The notes under the pieces were generated by a model. The model made no database searches. It was given only the letters and a program-made list of their open reading frames with translations, and was not told where the DNA came from. This document shows positions 26,193-35,340 of a stretch of DNA of 51,831 nt, in pieces. The stretch is taken from positions 1 to 51,831 of the forward strand of contig CAZAVD010000001.1 of NCBI GenBank assembly GCA_964488715.1, written 5' to 3'. The position numbers and the translations under genes were made by a program. Positions within the stretch are counted from its first letter, which is position 1. Every line of letters starts with the position of its first letter. Source of the DNA: an uncultured Gammaproteobacteria bacterium. GTDB lineage: Bacteria; Patescibacteriota; Patescibacteriia; UBA2196.

Positions 26193-27406
26193 ATAATAAA
26201 CAAAACAATACCCCCCAAGGTTGGACCGAGGAAAAAGTCGGTGATGTTTTTGATTTTATAAATTCTTATTCTTTTTCTCGTGCTAACTTGACTAATGATA
26301 TTTTGAATAACGGACACATTGGTAATATCCATTATGGGGACATTCATGCAACCTATAAATCGTCTTTTATAGATGTTCAGAAAACAAAAATACCTTTAAT
26401 TAAAGATGAAGATTTTGTTCCTAAAGATAAGGATTTATTAAAGAACGGAGACCTAGTTATGGCTGACGCTTCAGAAGATTATGAGGGCATAGGCACAACT
26501 GTATCAATACATGGAATTAATGATAATAAAGTGGTAGGTGGTTTGCATACATTTGTTTTAAGGGATAATAAGAATAAAACTAACGAATATTACAGACAAT
26601 ACATTTTTAGCAATCCAGACATAAAAGATAAATTAAGAAAAATTGCTACTGGCGTATCTGTTTTTGGTATTTCTAAAACTAATTTATCAAAAGTTAAATT
26701 ACCACTTCCGTCCTTGCTAGAACAAAATGCAATTGTAGAAGTTTTGGAAACTTGGGATAAATATCTAGAAGATTTAACTAATAAAATTAAATTAAAGAAA
26801 AGGGTTAAAAAAGGGTTAATGCAAAAGCTGTTAAGTGGTGATAAAAGGTTAAAAGGATTTAGCAGTGAATGGAAGAAAGTTAAGTTGGGGGATGTTTGTG
26901 AGAGAATTAGGACGGGAAAGATAGATGCTAATGCCATGGTTAAAAATGGTAAATATAGATTTTATACTTGTGCAAAGGAGTATTTTAAAATAGATGATTA
27001 TGCTTTTGATACAGAGGCCTTATTAGTTTCTGGTAACGGAGCAAATGTTGGATACATTCATTATTATAAAGGAAAATTTAATGCTTACCAAAGAACATAT
27101 GTATTAGATAATTTTAAATCGGATATAATTTTTACAAAATACATTCTAGATAAAAATTTAAGAAAAAGAATTTATGAAGAAAAATGTGACGGAAATACTC
27201 CTTATATCAAAATGAATACCCTAACAGATATGATAATAGAAATACCTGAACTAAAAGAACAGCAAGCAATTGCTGAAGTATTAACCAAAGCTGATGAAGA
27301 AATAGAAGGATTAGAAAAAAAGAAAAAGATTGTTGAGAAGCAGAAAAAATATTTACTAAATAATTTAATCACTGGGAAAATACGATTACCCGAATTCTCA
27401 AAATAA
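26186..27406 (+). CDS. hsdS: type I R-M specificity subunit S (two TRDs)
   Basis: 406 aa. Two TRDs are separated by conserved repeats (LPLPSLLEQNAIVEVL and IPELKEQQAIAEVL). Confidence 0.9.
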   Translation: MLNNKQNNTPQGWTEEKVGDVFDFINSYSFSRANLTNDILNNGHIGNIHYGDIHATYKSSFIDVQKTKIPLIKDEDFVPKDKDLLKNGDLVMADASEDYEGIGTTVSIHGINDNKVVGGLHTFVLRDNKNKTNEYYRQYIFSNPDIKDKLRKIATGVSVFGISKTNLSKVKLPLPSLLEQNAIVEVLETWDKYLEDLTNKIKLKKRVKKGLMQKLLSGDKRLKGFSSEWKKVKLGDVCERIRTGKIDANAMVKNGKYRFYTCAKEYFKIDDYAFDTEALLVSGNGANVGYIHYYKGKFNAYQRTYVLDNFKSDIIFTKYILDKNLRKRIYEEKCDGNTPYIKMNTLTDMIIEIPELKEQQAIAEVLTKADEEIEGLEKKKKIVEKQKKYLLNNLITGKIRLPEFSK

Positions 27407-27410
27407 TAAT

Positions 27411-30400
27411 ATGCAACAAAATACCAGCAATATAGACAAAGTAAATTTTGATGAAACCAAGCAATCACAATTACCGTTTGTGGAGTTTTTGGTTAACATG
27501 GGCTATCGATATATTTCACCCAAGGAAGTATTGTCTGAACGAGGTGGTGACATTTCTAAATACATTTTACGAGATACAGCTATTAAGAAATTATCCGAGA
27601 TTAATGAATACGAACATAATGGAGAAATGCATAAATTTAAAGATAAGGATGTTGTTGAGGCAATAGATGAATTAGAAAATATTCAGTTTGAGGGATTGAT
27701 TGATACTTCTCGCAAAATTTATTCCATGATTATGCCAACCTCTGGCGGTAAGACTATTAAAGTTTTTCATGGTGGTAAGAATGTATCTAAGAATTTTCGT
27801 TTCATTGATTTTGCCAATCCTTTAAATAATGATTTTGCGGTTACTGTTGAATATGAAGCTATGGGCAAAAAAGGTATTCGTCCTGATATTGTGGTATTTG
27901 TGAATGGAATACCTTTTGCTGTAATTGAGAATAAAAAAGCCTCTGAATCAATAGAAAAAGCATTGAGCCAGCTAAACAGAAATCAGGGAGCTGATTATTG
28001 TCCTAAGCTTTTTATATACCCCCAATTACTCGTAGGAGCTAACAAGGAAGAATTAAAATATGGCACGACTGGCACGCCAAATAAGTTTTATGCTAGTTGG
28101 AGAGAGAAAGGAACGGATAAGGATAAACTAATAAAGGAAGCCAGTAAAATTATTGGCAAGGAAATTGATAAAAAAATATATCAGCAAATTCTGACTGATT
28201 TGAATGGTGCAACTTTTGGTCACACTCAAATTTTAGACCGTGTTCCAACCGAACAAGATTTATCTGTAATGATGATGTTTGGTAAGGCTAGATTACTTGA
28301 TTTAACCAAGAACCATATTCTTTATGACGCAGGCATTAAGAAAATAATGCGTTATCAGCAATACTTTGCTATTCAAAAGATATTAAATAGAATTGATGAA
28401 AAAGAAGATACTAAAAAAGGAAGCAAAAGAAAGGGTGGTATTGTATGGCACACACAAGGATCGGGCAAGTCTTTGACCATGGTAATGTTTGTTAAAGCAT
28501 TAATTGAAAATCCGAATATTATTAACCCAAGAGTATTGATTGTAACTGATAGACGAGATTTAGATAGGCAAATAAAAACCACCTTTGAAAATAGTGGATT
28601 AAAGAAAAATGTTATTCAAGCTAAGAGTGGGGAGCATTTAATTGATCTACTTCGCAAAAAAGATTTACGAGTAGTTACCACTTTGATACATAAATTTCAA
28701 TCAGCCGCTAAAAAGAAAACAACGCTGGAAGATTTGGATGAGAATATTTTTGTATTGATTGATGAGGCTCATCGCTCACAAGGCGGTATGGCTAATTTGG
28801 AAATGAATAAGATAATACCAAATGCTTGTTATATTGCTTTTACTGGCACACCTCTTTTGAAACAAGAGAAGTCAAGACAAAAGTTTGGATCCTTTATCGA
28901 CAAGTACACTATCGACGATGCCCTAGAGGATGAAATTATTCTGCCACTTATTTATGAAGGTCGTTTTGTGGATCTCAAGTCAGACAAGAAAGAAATGGAT
29001 AGACAGGTTGATCGTCTAACCGAAGGACTTGGTGACAATCTAAAAAAACAACTACAAGCAATGACTGAAAAAAGAATTATCAAAGACAACTCTAATCGTA
29101 TTGCCGAAATTGCTTATGACATAGAAAAACACTATTTAAAAACTTTTGCAGGTACGGGATTAAAGGGGCAAATTGTAGCTCCATCTAAGTTCTCTGCAAT
29201 GTTGTTCCAAAATTATTTTAAAAATAGTGGAAAAATAAATACTGCTTTAGTTGTATCAGACGAAAATGGAATTATTGACGATCAAGATGAACATAAAAAA
29301 GAAGTAGAGGGGTACCTTAAAAACATTAAAGAGAAATACCAAAGTCTATTATCATATGAAAAAGATGTGATTAAAAGTTTTGTTCATAATGATGAGGGGG
29401 TGGAACTTTTGATTGTGGTTGATAAGCTTTTGACTGGTTTTGATGCCCCGAGAAATACGGTCTTATACTTATCCAAAGAACTTAGGGATCATAATTTATT
29501 ACAAGCAATTGCTCGTGTTAATCGTTTGTATGACAATGAGCAACCACCAAAAACTTGCGGATATATTATCGACTATTCCGAGAATGCACAGAACTTAAAA
29601 ACAGCCATGCAATTGTTTGGTAACTATGATGAGGAAGATGTTGACGGAGCCTTGATTGATGTTCAGGATAAAATAGATGAACTTGAATCAAGTTATAGCG
29701 AGCTCCATGAAATGTTTAAATCTGTTAAAGGTGATGATGAAGCGTATATACAGCATTTGTCTGAGGAGCCAACTCGTAAAGAATTCTATGATACATTAAA
29801 CCAATTTTTAAAGAGTTTTAATGAATGTGTTGTATTGCAAGGTTTTGTGCATGAATTCAAACACCTTGATACCTATAGGCAAGAATTAAAGAAGTTTATG
29901 GAACTTCGAAAGGTTGCTAGTGTGCGTTATGCCGATCGAGTGGATTTTAATAAATATAAACAAGCTTTAGTTAAAATAATGGATAATAATATCAAGGCAG
30001 AAGAAGCAGAGCTTTTGACCAAGCAAATAACAGTAACTGACAGAGAGGCTTTTGAGCAAGTTGTAGAAGAAATGGGGTCAGATAAATCTAGAGCTGAAGC
30101 AATCGCCGCTCAAGTGCAAAGAACTATTACAGAAAAACTAGAAACAGATCCTATATTTTACAGAAGATTTTCCGAGAAAGTAGATGAAATTTTACAGAAG
30201 ATGAGGGAGAAAAAAATAGCTGATATTGAAGCCTTGAAGCAAATGAAATTGATTGACAAAGAAGTTGATAATAAAACAGATGATGAAATACCAGAAGATA
30301 TTAGAGCTAAAAAAGGATCAGATATTTTTTATAGAAATTTACAAGATGAGTTTTCTGTTCATAATGTTGATGATGAAAAATATCAAAGTATAATTTTGGA

Positions 30401-30602
30401 AATGTTTGGTGTGTTGAAGAAAGAAGCTATTGTTGACTGGTATAGAAATAATGAAGTTAAGCGTGTGATATATAATAAACTGGATGATTATTTGTATGAT
30501 GAGATTATTCAAAACCAAGGCATTAAATTAACCAATGAAGAAATAAAAACAATCATTGATAAAACCATTAAATTGGCAACAGAAAATTACGAGATTATAT
30601 AA
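27411..30602 (+). CDS. hsdR: type I restriction endonuclease subunit R
   Basis: 1063 aa. N-terminal nuclease region (PDIVVFVNGIPFAVIENK). SF2 motifs HTQGSGKS, DEAH (VLIDEAHRSQ), FTGTP and QAIARVNR. Confidence 0.9.
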   Translation: MQQNTSNIDKVNFDETKQSQLPFVEFLVNMGYRYISPKEVLSERGGDISKYILRDTAIKKLSEINEYEHNGEMHKFKDKDVVEAIDELENIQFEGLIDTSRKIYSMIMPTSGGKTIKVFHGGKNVSKNFRFIDFANPLNNDFAVTVEYEAMGKKGIRPDIVVFVNGIPFAVIENKKASESIEKALSQLNRNQGADYCPKLFIYPQLLVGANKEELKYGTTGTPNKFYASWREKGTDKDKLIKEASKIIGKEIDKKIYQQILTDLNGATFGHTQILDRVPTEQDLSVMMMFGKARLLDLTKNHILYDAGIKKIMRYQQYFAIQKILNRIDEKEDTKKGSKRKGGIVWHTQGSGKSLTMVMFVKALIENPNIINPRVLIVTDRRDLDRQIKTTFENSGLKKNVIQAKSGEHLIDLLRKKDLRVVTTLIHKFQSAAKKKTTLEDLDENIFVLIDEAHRSQGGMANLEMNKIIPNACYIAFTGTPLLKQEKSRQKFGSFIDKYTIDDALEDEIILPLIYEGRFVDLKSDKKEMDRQVDRLTEGLGDNLKKQLQAMTEKRIIKDNSNRIAEIAYDIEKHYLKTFAGTGLKGQIVAPSKFSAMLFQNYFKNSGKINTALVVSDENGIIDDQDEHKKEVEGYLKNIKEKYQSLLSYEKDVIKSFVHNDEGVELLIVVDKLLTGFDAPRNTVLYLSKELRDHNLLQAIARVNRLYDNEQPPKTCGYIIDYSENAQNLKTAMQLFGNYDEEDVDGALIDVQDKIDELESSYSELHEMFKSVKGDDEAYIQHLSEEPTRKEFYDTLNQFLKSFNECVVLQGFVHEFKHLDTYRQELKKFMELRKVASVRYADRVDFNKYKQALVKIMDNNIKAEEAELLTKQITVTDREAFEQVVEEMGSDKSRAEAIAAQVQRTITEKLETDPIFYRRFSEKVDEILQKMREKKIADIEALKQMKLIDKEVDNKTDDEIPEDIRAKKGSDIFYRNLQDEFSVHNVDDEKYQSIILEMFGVLKKEAIVDWYRNNEVKRVIYNKLDDYLYDEIIQNQGIKLTNEEIKTIIDKTIKLATENYEII

Positions 30603-30604
30603 AT

Positions 30605-31309
30605 ATGGAGACTCAAATTTTTACTTATGGAAAGTATTCTTATGAATATTTTCTAATTAGACAATCACGTAAAACCGTAAGCTTAATTGTTTATCCTAAT
30701 TTTAAGATAGTTTTGAAATGTCCTATTGACTATAAAGATGAAAAGATACAGAGATTTCTAAAAAACAAATGGTCTTGGCTTGAGAAGCAAATCAAATACT
30801 TTAAGAAATACCAAAAGACTATCTTAAATAAAGAGTATTTATCAGGTGAATCATTTTTGTATTTAGGCAGGCAATATAAGTTATCAGTTAAAAGAGGTGC
30901 AGAAGATAAGGTGACTTTAAAGCATGGTAAGTTATTGTTATTTACTACGGAAAAAGTTGGTAACAAAAAACATAATAGAAAAATATTAAAGGGTTGGTAT
31001 GCGAATAGGATTGAGAAAATATTTAATGATGAGTATAAAAAGGTGTTAAAGACTTTTAATTATGTTTTTGAACCGCAGCTTATAACTCGTGAAATGAATA
31101 AACGCTGGGGAAGTTTCTTGAACCATAAAAAAATAATTCTTAATCCTAAGTTAATTCAAGCTCCTAAAGAATGTATTGATTATGTAATTACCCATGAATT
31201 ATGTCACATGAAACATAAAAATCATGATACGAAATTTTACAGATTATTAAAAAGTAAAATTCACAATTGGGAAGAGATTAAAGAGAAGTTGGAATTAAGA
31301 TTTATATAA
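30605..31309 (+). CDS. M48/DUF45 (YgjP-like) zinc metallopeptidase
   Basis: HExxH motif in VITHELCHMKHKNH. 234 aa. This family commonly trails hsdR. Confidence 0.75.
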   Translation: METQIFTYGKYSYEYFLIRQSRKTVSLIVYPNFKIVLKCPIDYKDEKIQRFLKNKWSWLEKQIKYFKKYQKTILNKEYLSGESFLYLGRQYKLSVKRGAEDKVTLKHGKLLLFTTEKVGNKKHNRKILKGWYANRIEKIFNDEYKKVLKTFNYVFEPQLITREMNKRWGSFLNHKKIILNPKLIQAPKECIDYVITHELCHMKHKNHDTKFYRLLKSKIHNWEEIKEKLELRFI

Positions 31310-31363
31310 GGTTATGTATAAACACCTAAAATCAAAACAAGAATACATTGATAGATATGACCG

Positions 31364-31392
31364 CCTGACAGTTGATAGCTGTCGGGTTTTTT
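31364..31392 (+). terminator. rho-independent terminator of the hsd operon
   Basis: CCTGACAG-TTGATAG-CTGTCGGG followed by TTTTTT. Confidence 0.7.
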
Positions 31393-31445
31393 AGCTAATA
31401 TTAGCCTATATTTAATAAAATAGTAAAATTGTCAGGGTTCAAACC

Positions 31446-31474
31446 TTGACAACTTTTTAATTATGTGCTATAAT
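31446..31474 (+). promoter_or_regulatory. perfect consensus promoter TTGACA-17-TATAAT
   Basis: TTGACA at 31446..31451 and TATAAT at 31469..31474. The -35 box lies in the right arm of the inverted repeat TTGTCAGGGTT/AACCTTGACAA (31429..31452). Confidence 0.65.
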
Positions 31475-31480
31475 TGAGTA

Positions 31481-31792
31481 TACAAAATAAAGATGTGGAT
31501 ATTTCCTGATCTTTACAATCAAACTTAAAAACAAGAGAGACAGTTTAGTAGGCACTGTGAGTCCTACAATAAGCAATTTTATAGGTTTATTAGCTTTTTT
31601 GCGGGCTTCTCTCTTGATTCACAGAAGGCCGTTTTTGTTTTTTTAAGCAGTAAAGTGGGAGTAAATAATTATTCTCACTTAGATTACTTAAAAAGTTCTT
31701 TACAACATCCTCCTAAATGATTTAAGGTAATTAGTCAGTTTAATAAGCTGTTTGATTACCTTAAATCATGAAAAACATTGATGGAGGATAAA
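31481..31792 (+). ncRNA. structured ~310-nt leader / possible cis-regulatory RNA or sRNA
   Basis: Mutually exclusive pairings: 31532..31540 with 31608..31616, versus the terminator-like hairpin at 31601..31644. A 15-bp helix pairs 31717..31731 with 31755..31769. An anti-SD ATCCTCC at 31707..31713 is complementary to the SD at 31783..31789. Confidence 0.4.
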
Positions 31793-32374
31793 ATGAAAAC
31801 TGTTTTGATGGGACCCCCAAGGTCCGGTAAAAGTTGCATGCGAGAAGGATTAAAGCAGGCAATTAAGAATATCCCAGGAGCGCCGTATCCTTATGTAATC
31901 ACGGCATGTCCTGATGGCGAAGGTGCTTGGTTCCAGGAAGCTGCAAACCGCGATTCGGAAAAAGCCCGCGAATTAAAAACTGATTATAAACAATCAGTCG
32001 GTGGTTTTTCCCCCAAATTTGTTCAGCGGATTGCAGAATCCGTAGCCAACTGCACTTTGCCGATGACTTTGGTGGATATTGGCGGAATTCCATCAAAAGA
32101 AAATGAAGTAATCTGTGCTTCCGCCACTCATGCCATCATTCTGGCTGGTGATATGAGTAAAGTTCCTGAGTGGAGAGAGTTCTGCTTAAAGCTCGGAATT
32201 GAAGTGATAGCAGAAATTCATTCTGACTATCATGGCCAGACAGACGAAGTCCCCACCCTTGGTGAGGATGAAATCTGGAGAGGATCCGTGCATTATCTTG
32301 AGCGCGGTGAACCAGTGGCCGAGCGTCCCACTATAAAAAAGCTTGCAAAGATATTGATTGAAAAATCAAAATAA
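31793..32374 (+). CDS. P-loop NTPase (uncharacterised; partner of Csx3-like gene)
   Basis: The ATG at 31793 lies 5 nt after GGAGG. Walker A is GPPRSGKS, with a Walker-B-like LVDIGG. The region is GC-enriched. Confidence 0.6.
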   Translation: MKTVLMGPPRSGKSCMREGLKQAIKNIPGAPYPYVITACPDGEGAWFQEAANRDSEKARELKTDYKQSVGGFSPKFVQRIAESVANCTLPMTLVDIGGIPSKENEVICASATHAIILAGDMSKVPEWREFCLKLGIEVIAEIHSDYHGQTDEVPTLGEDEIWRGSVHYLERGEPVAERPTIKKLAKILIEKSK

Positions 32375-32453
32375 AAAATGTTTCTGGCCACCTCAGAAAC
32401 AAACCAAAAAAGCTACTGACGGTGGGGTAGCAAAAATTTTTTAGGAGGCTATC

Positions 32454-32759
32454 ATGGCTCATTACAATGTAAATCTCGAAAACGAAAACGTGTTGAAGGT
32501 CGGCTTCGGCGAACCATCGCAAAATGATGAAATCGTTCGTGACGCTGTCAAGCGTTTGGATGAAATGACTGAATCCGGCGAATTGGCTGGTGGCTCTGTT
32601 ATCAAAATTAACGGCCCGGCCTCTCTGCCCGTTGCTGTTGCAATTGCCCATGCGGTCAATCATCTATACGAAACCGTTGCTGTTTTCGATCCAAAGCTGG
32701 GTAAATATGTTGTCGCTGTTTCTCATGGCGCATACAATCCTGGCGACCTGATTGACTAA
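32454..32759 (+). CDS. csx3: Csx3/Crn3-family protein (CRISPR-associated cA4 ring nuclease / deadenylase fold)
   Basis: 101 aa with an AGGAGG Shine-Dalgarno sequence. IKINGPASLPVAVAIAHAVNHLYETVAVFDPKLGKYVVAVSHGAYNPGDLID parallels A. fulgidus Csx3 ISGRGPIWLHCFLAHKYHHTPFVAVYDPRLGAVVVQSHSELREGDVID. The reference sequence is recalled from memory. Confidence 0.7.
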   Translation: MAHYNVNLENENVLKVGFGEPSQNDEIVRDAVKRLDEMTESGELAGGSVIKINGPASLPVAVAIAHAVNHLYETVAVFDPKLGKYVVAVSHGAYNPGDLID

Positions 32760-32787
32760 ATAGTTATCAGGAGAGCAAAACCCGTTT

Positions 32788-32834
32788 GAGGAGTGTCTGA
32801 AAAACAAGTCACTCGTGGCACTCCTCTTATTTTT
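32788..32834 (+). terminator. terminator-like hairpin after csx3
   Basis: GAGGAGTG (32788..32795) pairs with CACTCCTC (32819..32826), followed by TTATTTTT. Confidence 0.5.
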
Positions 32835-32911
32835 CAAAATCTGATTTATGCAAATAAGGTTTTGAAAGATAAAAAATAAAATAGTTCTTTACAATAAAAA
32901 AGAGGTGTATC

Positions 32912-33427
32912 GTGGATATTCTAACCGTAGTTGAAAAGATGGTTGTCGAATGGCAACAAAAGCTCGGTGATTCAGTTGAAGTTATTCTCGGAGGTTCTTT
33001 GGTCTCCGATTTATTTATTTTTGATGAGAAAACAGAACTGATTGATGTTGATGTTCGTTTTCTCACAAATAATCCAGAAGACCCTGAACTTCGTCAAAGG
33101 ATAGAAAAAGTTACAGGTCTCAAATACCGTAAAACCATCACTGTTAATGATTGGCCAACTGGTCAAAGTCTGGGCATTATGGTTGAAGGTCAGATGAGCT
33201 TACCTGAACTACCTTTACCAATGGATATTGAGGGTTGCATTCGCAATCCAAAATACGTTGGCTGGGGTAAATTCTATCGAGACGTTTTAACTGAAAAAGA
33301 GCTGGAAGATTTTCGCCAAAAGAAAATCGCTTTACGCCATGACAAAAAAGCTTATAAACAGATGAAAGCTGAAGTTAGGGCTGAAGTTGAAAAGCGATGT
33401 TTGGAACAAGGAATTGTAAGTAAGTAA
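32912..33427 (+). CDS. minimal nucleotidyltransferase (pol-beta superfamily) candidate
   Basis: GTG start after AAGAGGTG. GGS-x15-DVDV motif (ILGGSLVSDLFIFDEKTELIDVDV), a later acidic MDIEG, and a charged helical C-terminus. Confidence 0.5.
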   Translation: MDILTVVEKMVVEWQQKLGDSVEVILGGSLVSDLFIFDEKTELIDVDVRFLTNNPEDPELRQRIEKVTGLKYRKTITVNDWPTGQSLGIMVEGQMSLPELPLPMDIEGCIRNPKYVGWGKFYRDVLTEKELEDFRQKKIALRHDKKAYKQMKAEVRAEVEKRCLEQGIVSK

Positions 33428-33459
33428 TCTATTAACCTGTAAAACAAGGAGAAAATATC

Positions 33460-35331
33460 GTGAATAATCAGAGAACTGTGAACGGCAAGGCTCTTGGCCT
33501 GGCGTTCTGGAAGAAAGCTGACGAAGTTGTGGGGCTGGTCAAAAAAAGTCGTGGTATTGTGGTAATGCCTACTGGCACTGGCAAAACAACCCAAACACCG
33601 CAATTGTTACACGAACAAGGTTTTACTCGCCAAGGAAAAATTTATATATCTGTTCCCAGAAGAATCTTGGCAGTTGAACTGGCAGCTCGTGTTGCTGATG
33701 AAATGGGAGTAAAACTCGGTGAATTGGTTGGCTATCAGATCCGTGGTGAACGTAAATTGAGTCATCAAACACGAATCATCTTTATGACAGAAGGAACATT
33801 ACGCGGAAAAATTCGCAATAATCCAATGTTAAAAGGTGTCAGCGTGGTCGTATTCGATGAGTTTCATCAACGAACTCTTATGAGTGACTTCAATGTTGCT
33901 CTTATCGAACGAGCTCAGCAAGAAGGTTCGCAGGTAGCGTTTTTGCTCATGTCGGCCACAATTGACCCGACCTATCTTGCCAATCACTTTGATTGCGACG
34001 TGGTTGATGGTTCTGATTTGGATACTACCTATCCAATTACTGAGGAATATATTGATCCTCAGGAAAACGGTGGTTTATTCAAAACAGCAGCCGAGCAGGT
34101 AGAGCGCATGATTTTGGAAGCTGAAGGCAATGGTATGGTTTTTATGCCTGGCAAAGCTGAAATCAACCAGACAATCGATGCAATCCGTGATCTTAATCTG
34201 CCCAAAAATGTAACTGTTCTACCGTTACACGGTGATCTTGATGGCGATGACCGCCATGCTCCATTTGTGGAACGAGATGGTATTACAGTCACGATTGCAA
34301 CGGACATTGTTGAGACTGGTGCCACATTACCAAATATTGGCTGGGAAGTTGATTCTGGACTGGCAAGAGAAAAAGGATATGATCCCGTATCTGATATTTC
34401 TTCCTTGAAAGTTCAGAAAATAGCCAAAGACCGCTTAAAGCAACGTCGTGGCCGAACAGGTAGAGTTCGTGAAGGTCGATATGTTGGATTATTTTCAAAG
34501 GATGACTTTGATTCTCGTCCAGATCGAACCAAGCCCGAAATCTTTCGAACTCCTTTAAGAGAAGTTGTATTAACCATCAAATCACTTGGTCTGTCTCGAG
34601 AAGGAAATTCAATTCGATTGATTGACTATCCGCCAAAAACCAACTGGAAGCAAGCTAAACAACAATTGCAGATGCTGGAGTTTGTTAACAGCGACGATGA
34701 GGCGAACATCAACGAATATGGCAAAAAAGCTGTTGAACTTGGCTGTGATCCTCGTGAGTCTGCTATGTTGCTCAAGTCCGCTCAGTTGGGTTGTTTACGG
34801 GAGATGTCAATTGCTATTGCCGCCCAGCAAAGCCATCGCTTACTGTATTGTCCGAAAAGTGAAGAATATGAGGCCAATATGGCTCATGCGAGATTCCGCA
34901 CTTCGGAAACATGTGATGGATGGACAGCAGTAAAGGTGATTCGGATGGCAGAAGCTCGTGGCGAAGAATCTCTCGGATCCTGGTGTCGAGCAAATTATGT
35001 ATCATACCGCTCGATTCAGGAAATCTGGCAAACTTCACGTCAACTGCTTACAACCATGAAAGGTTTAGGTTTTTCAGTAAATGAGCAGGAAGGCACTGAA
35101 GAAAATTTACGCAAAGCAATTTTTGCCGGATTGCCAGACCGAGTATTCCAATGGGATGGACGGGATTGGTTCAAACGTGATGATGATTCTTGCCTGATGG
35201 GACGAGACTCGGTAATCCGTGAACGATCAAGTGATACACCAGTAGCCGCTTGGGAAGTTATCGAAATTTCTACCAGAAAAGGTGGAACTCTTCGATTGAT
35301 CACCAATGCGGTGACAGTTGAAACAAATTAA
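33460..35331 (+). CDS. DEAH/RHA-family helicase (HrpA/HrpB-like)
   Basis: GTG start after AAGGAG. Motifs PTGTGKTT, DEFH, SAT (LMSATID), FMPG, TDIVETGATLPNI and QRRGRTGR. HA2-like region LEFVNSDDEANINEYGKKAVELGCDPRESAMLLKS. Confidence 0.85.
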   Translation: MNNQRTVNGKALGLAFWKKADEVVGLVKKSRGIVVMPTGTGKTTQTPQLLHEQGFTRQGKIYISVPRRILAVELAARVADEMGVKLGELVGYQIRGERKLSHQTRIIFMTEGTLRGKIRNNPMLKGVSVVVFDEFHQRTLMSDFNVALIERAQQEGSQVAFLLMSATIDPTYLANHFDCDVVDGSDLDTTYPITEEYIDPQENGGLFKTAAEQVERMILEAEGNGMVFMPGKAEINQTIDAIRDLNLPKNVTVLPLHGDLDGDDRHAPFVERDGITVTIATDIVETGATLPNIGWEVDSGLAREKGYDPVSDISSLKVQKIAKDRLKQRRGRTGRVREGRYVGLFSKDDFDSRPDRTKPEIFRTPLREVVLTIKSLGLSREGNSIRLIDYPPKTNWKQAKQQLQMLEFVNSDDEANINEYGKKAVELGCDPRESAMLLKSAQLGCLREMSIAIAAQQSHRLLYCPKSEEYEANMAHARFRTSETCDGWTAVKVIRMAEARGEESLGSWCRANYVSYRSIQEIWQTSRQLLTTMKGLGFSVNEQEGTEENLRKAIFAGLPDRVFQWDGRDWFKRDDDSCLMGRDSVIRERSSDTPVAAWEVIEISTRKGGTLRLITNAVTVETN

Positions 35332-35340
35332 ACCCGATGT

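Noticed and set aside
22468-27406. hsdS shufflon / phase-variable specificity
   Set aside because: The two S genes are co-oriented and I saw no shared inverted repeats between them. The only recombinase is 5 kb away and is of the large-serine integrase type.
31315-31395. 26-codon mini-ORF MYKHLKSKQEYIDRYDRLTVDSCRVF after the M48 peptidase gene
   Set aside because: It could be the stump of a gene truncated by cassette insertion. But its 3' half is the hsd terminator hairpin and it has no SD, so the evidence is insufficient.
31899-35306. Many antisense or alternative-frame ORFs in the GC-rich cassette (e.g. 31899..32096, 32331..32663, 32462..32659, 32827..33066, 33352..33603, 34059..34325, 34289..34498, 34622..34933, 34814..35038, 35040..35306)
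   Set aside because: Higher GC content lowers stop-codon frequency. All of these overlap motif-bearing sense genes and lack SD sequences.
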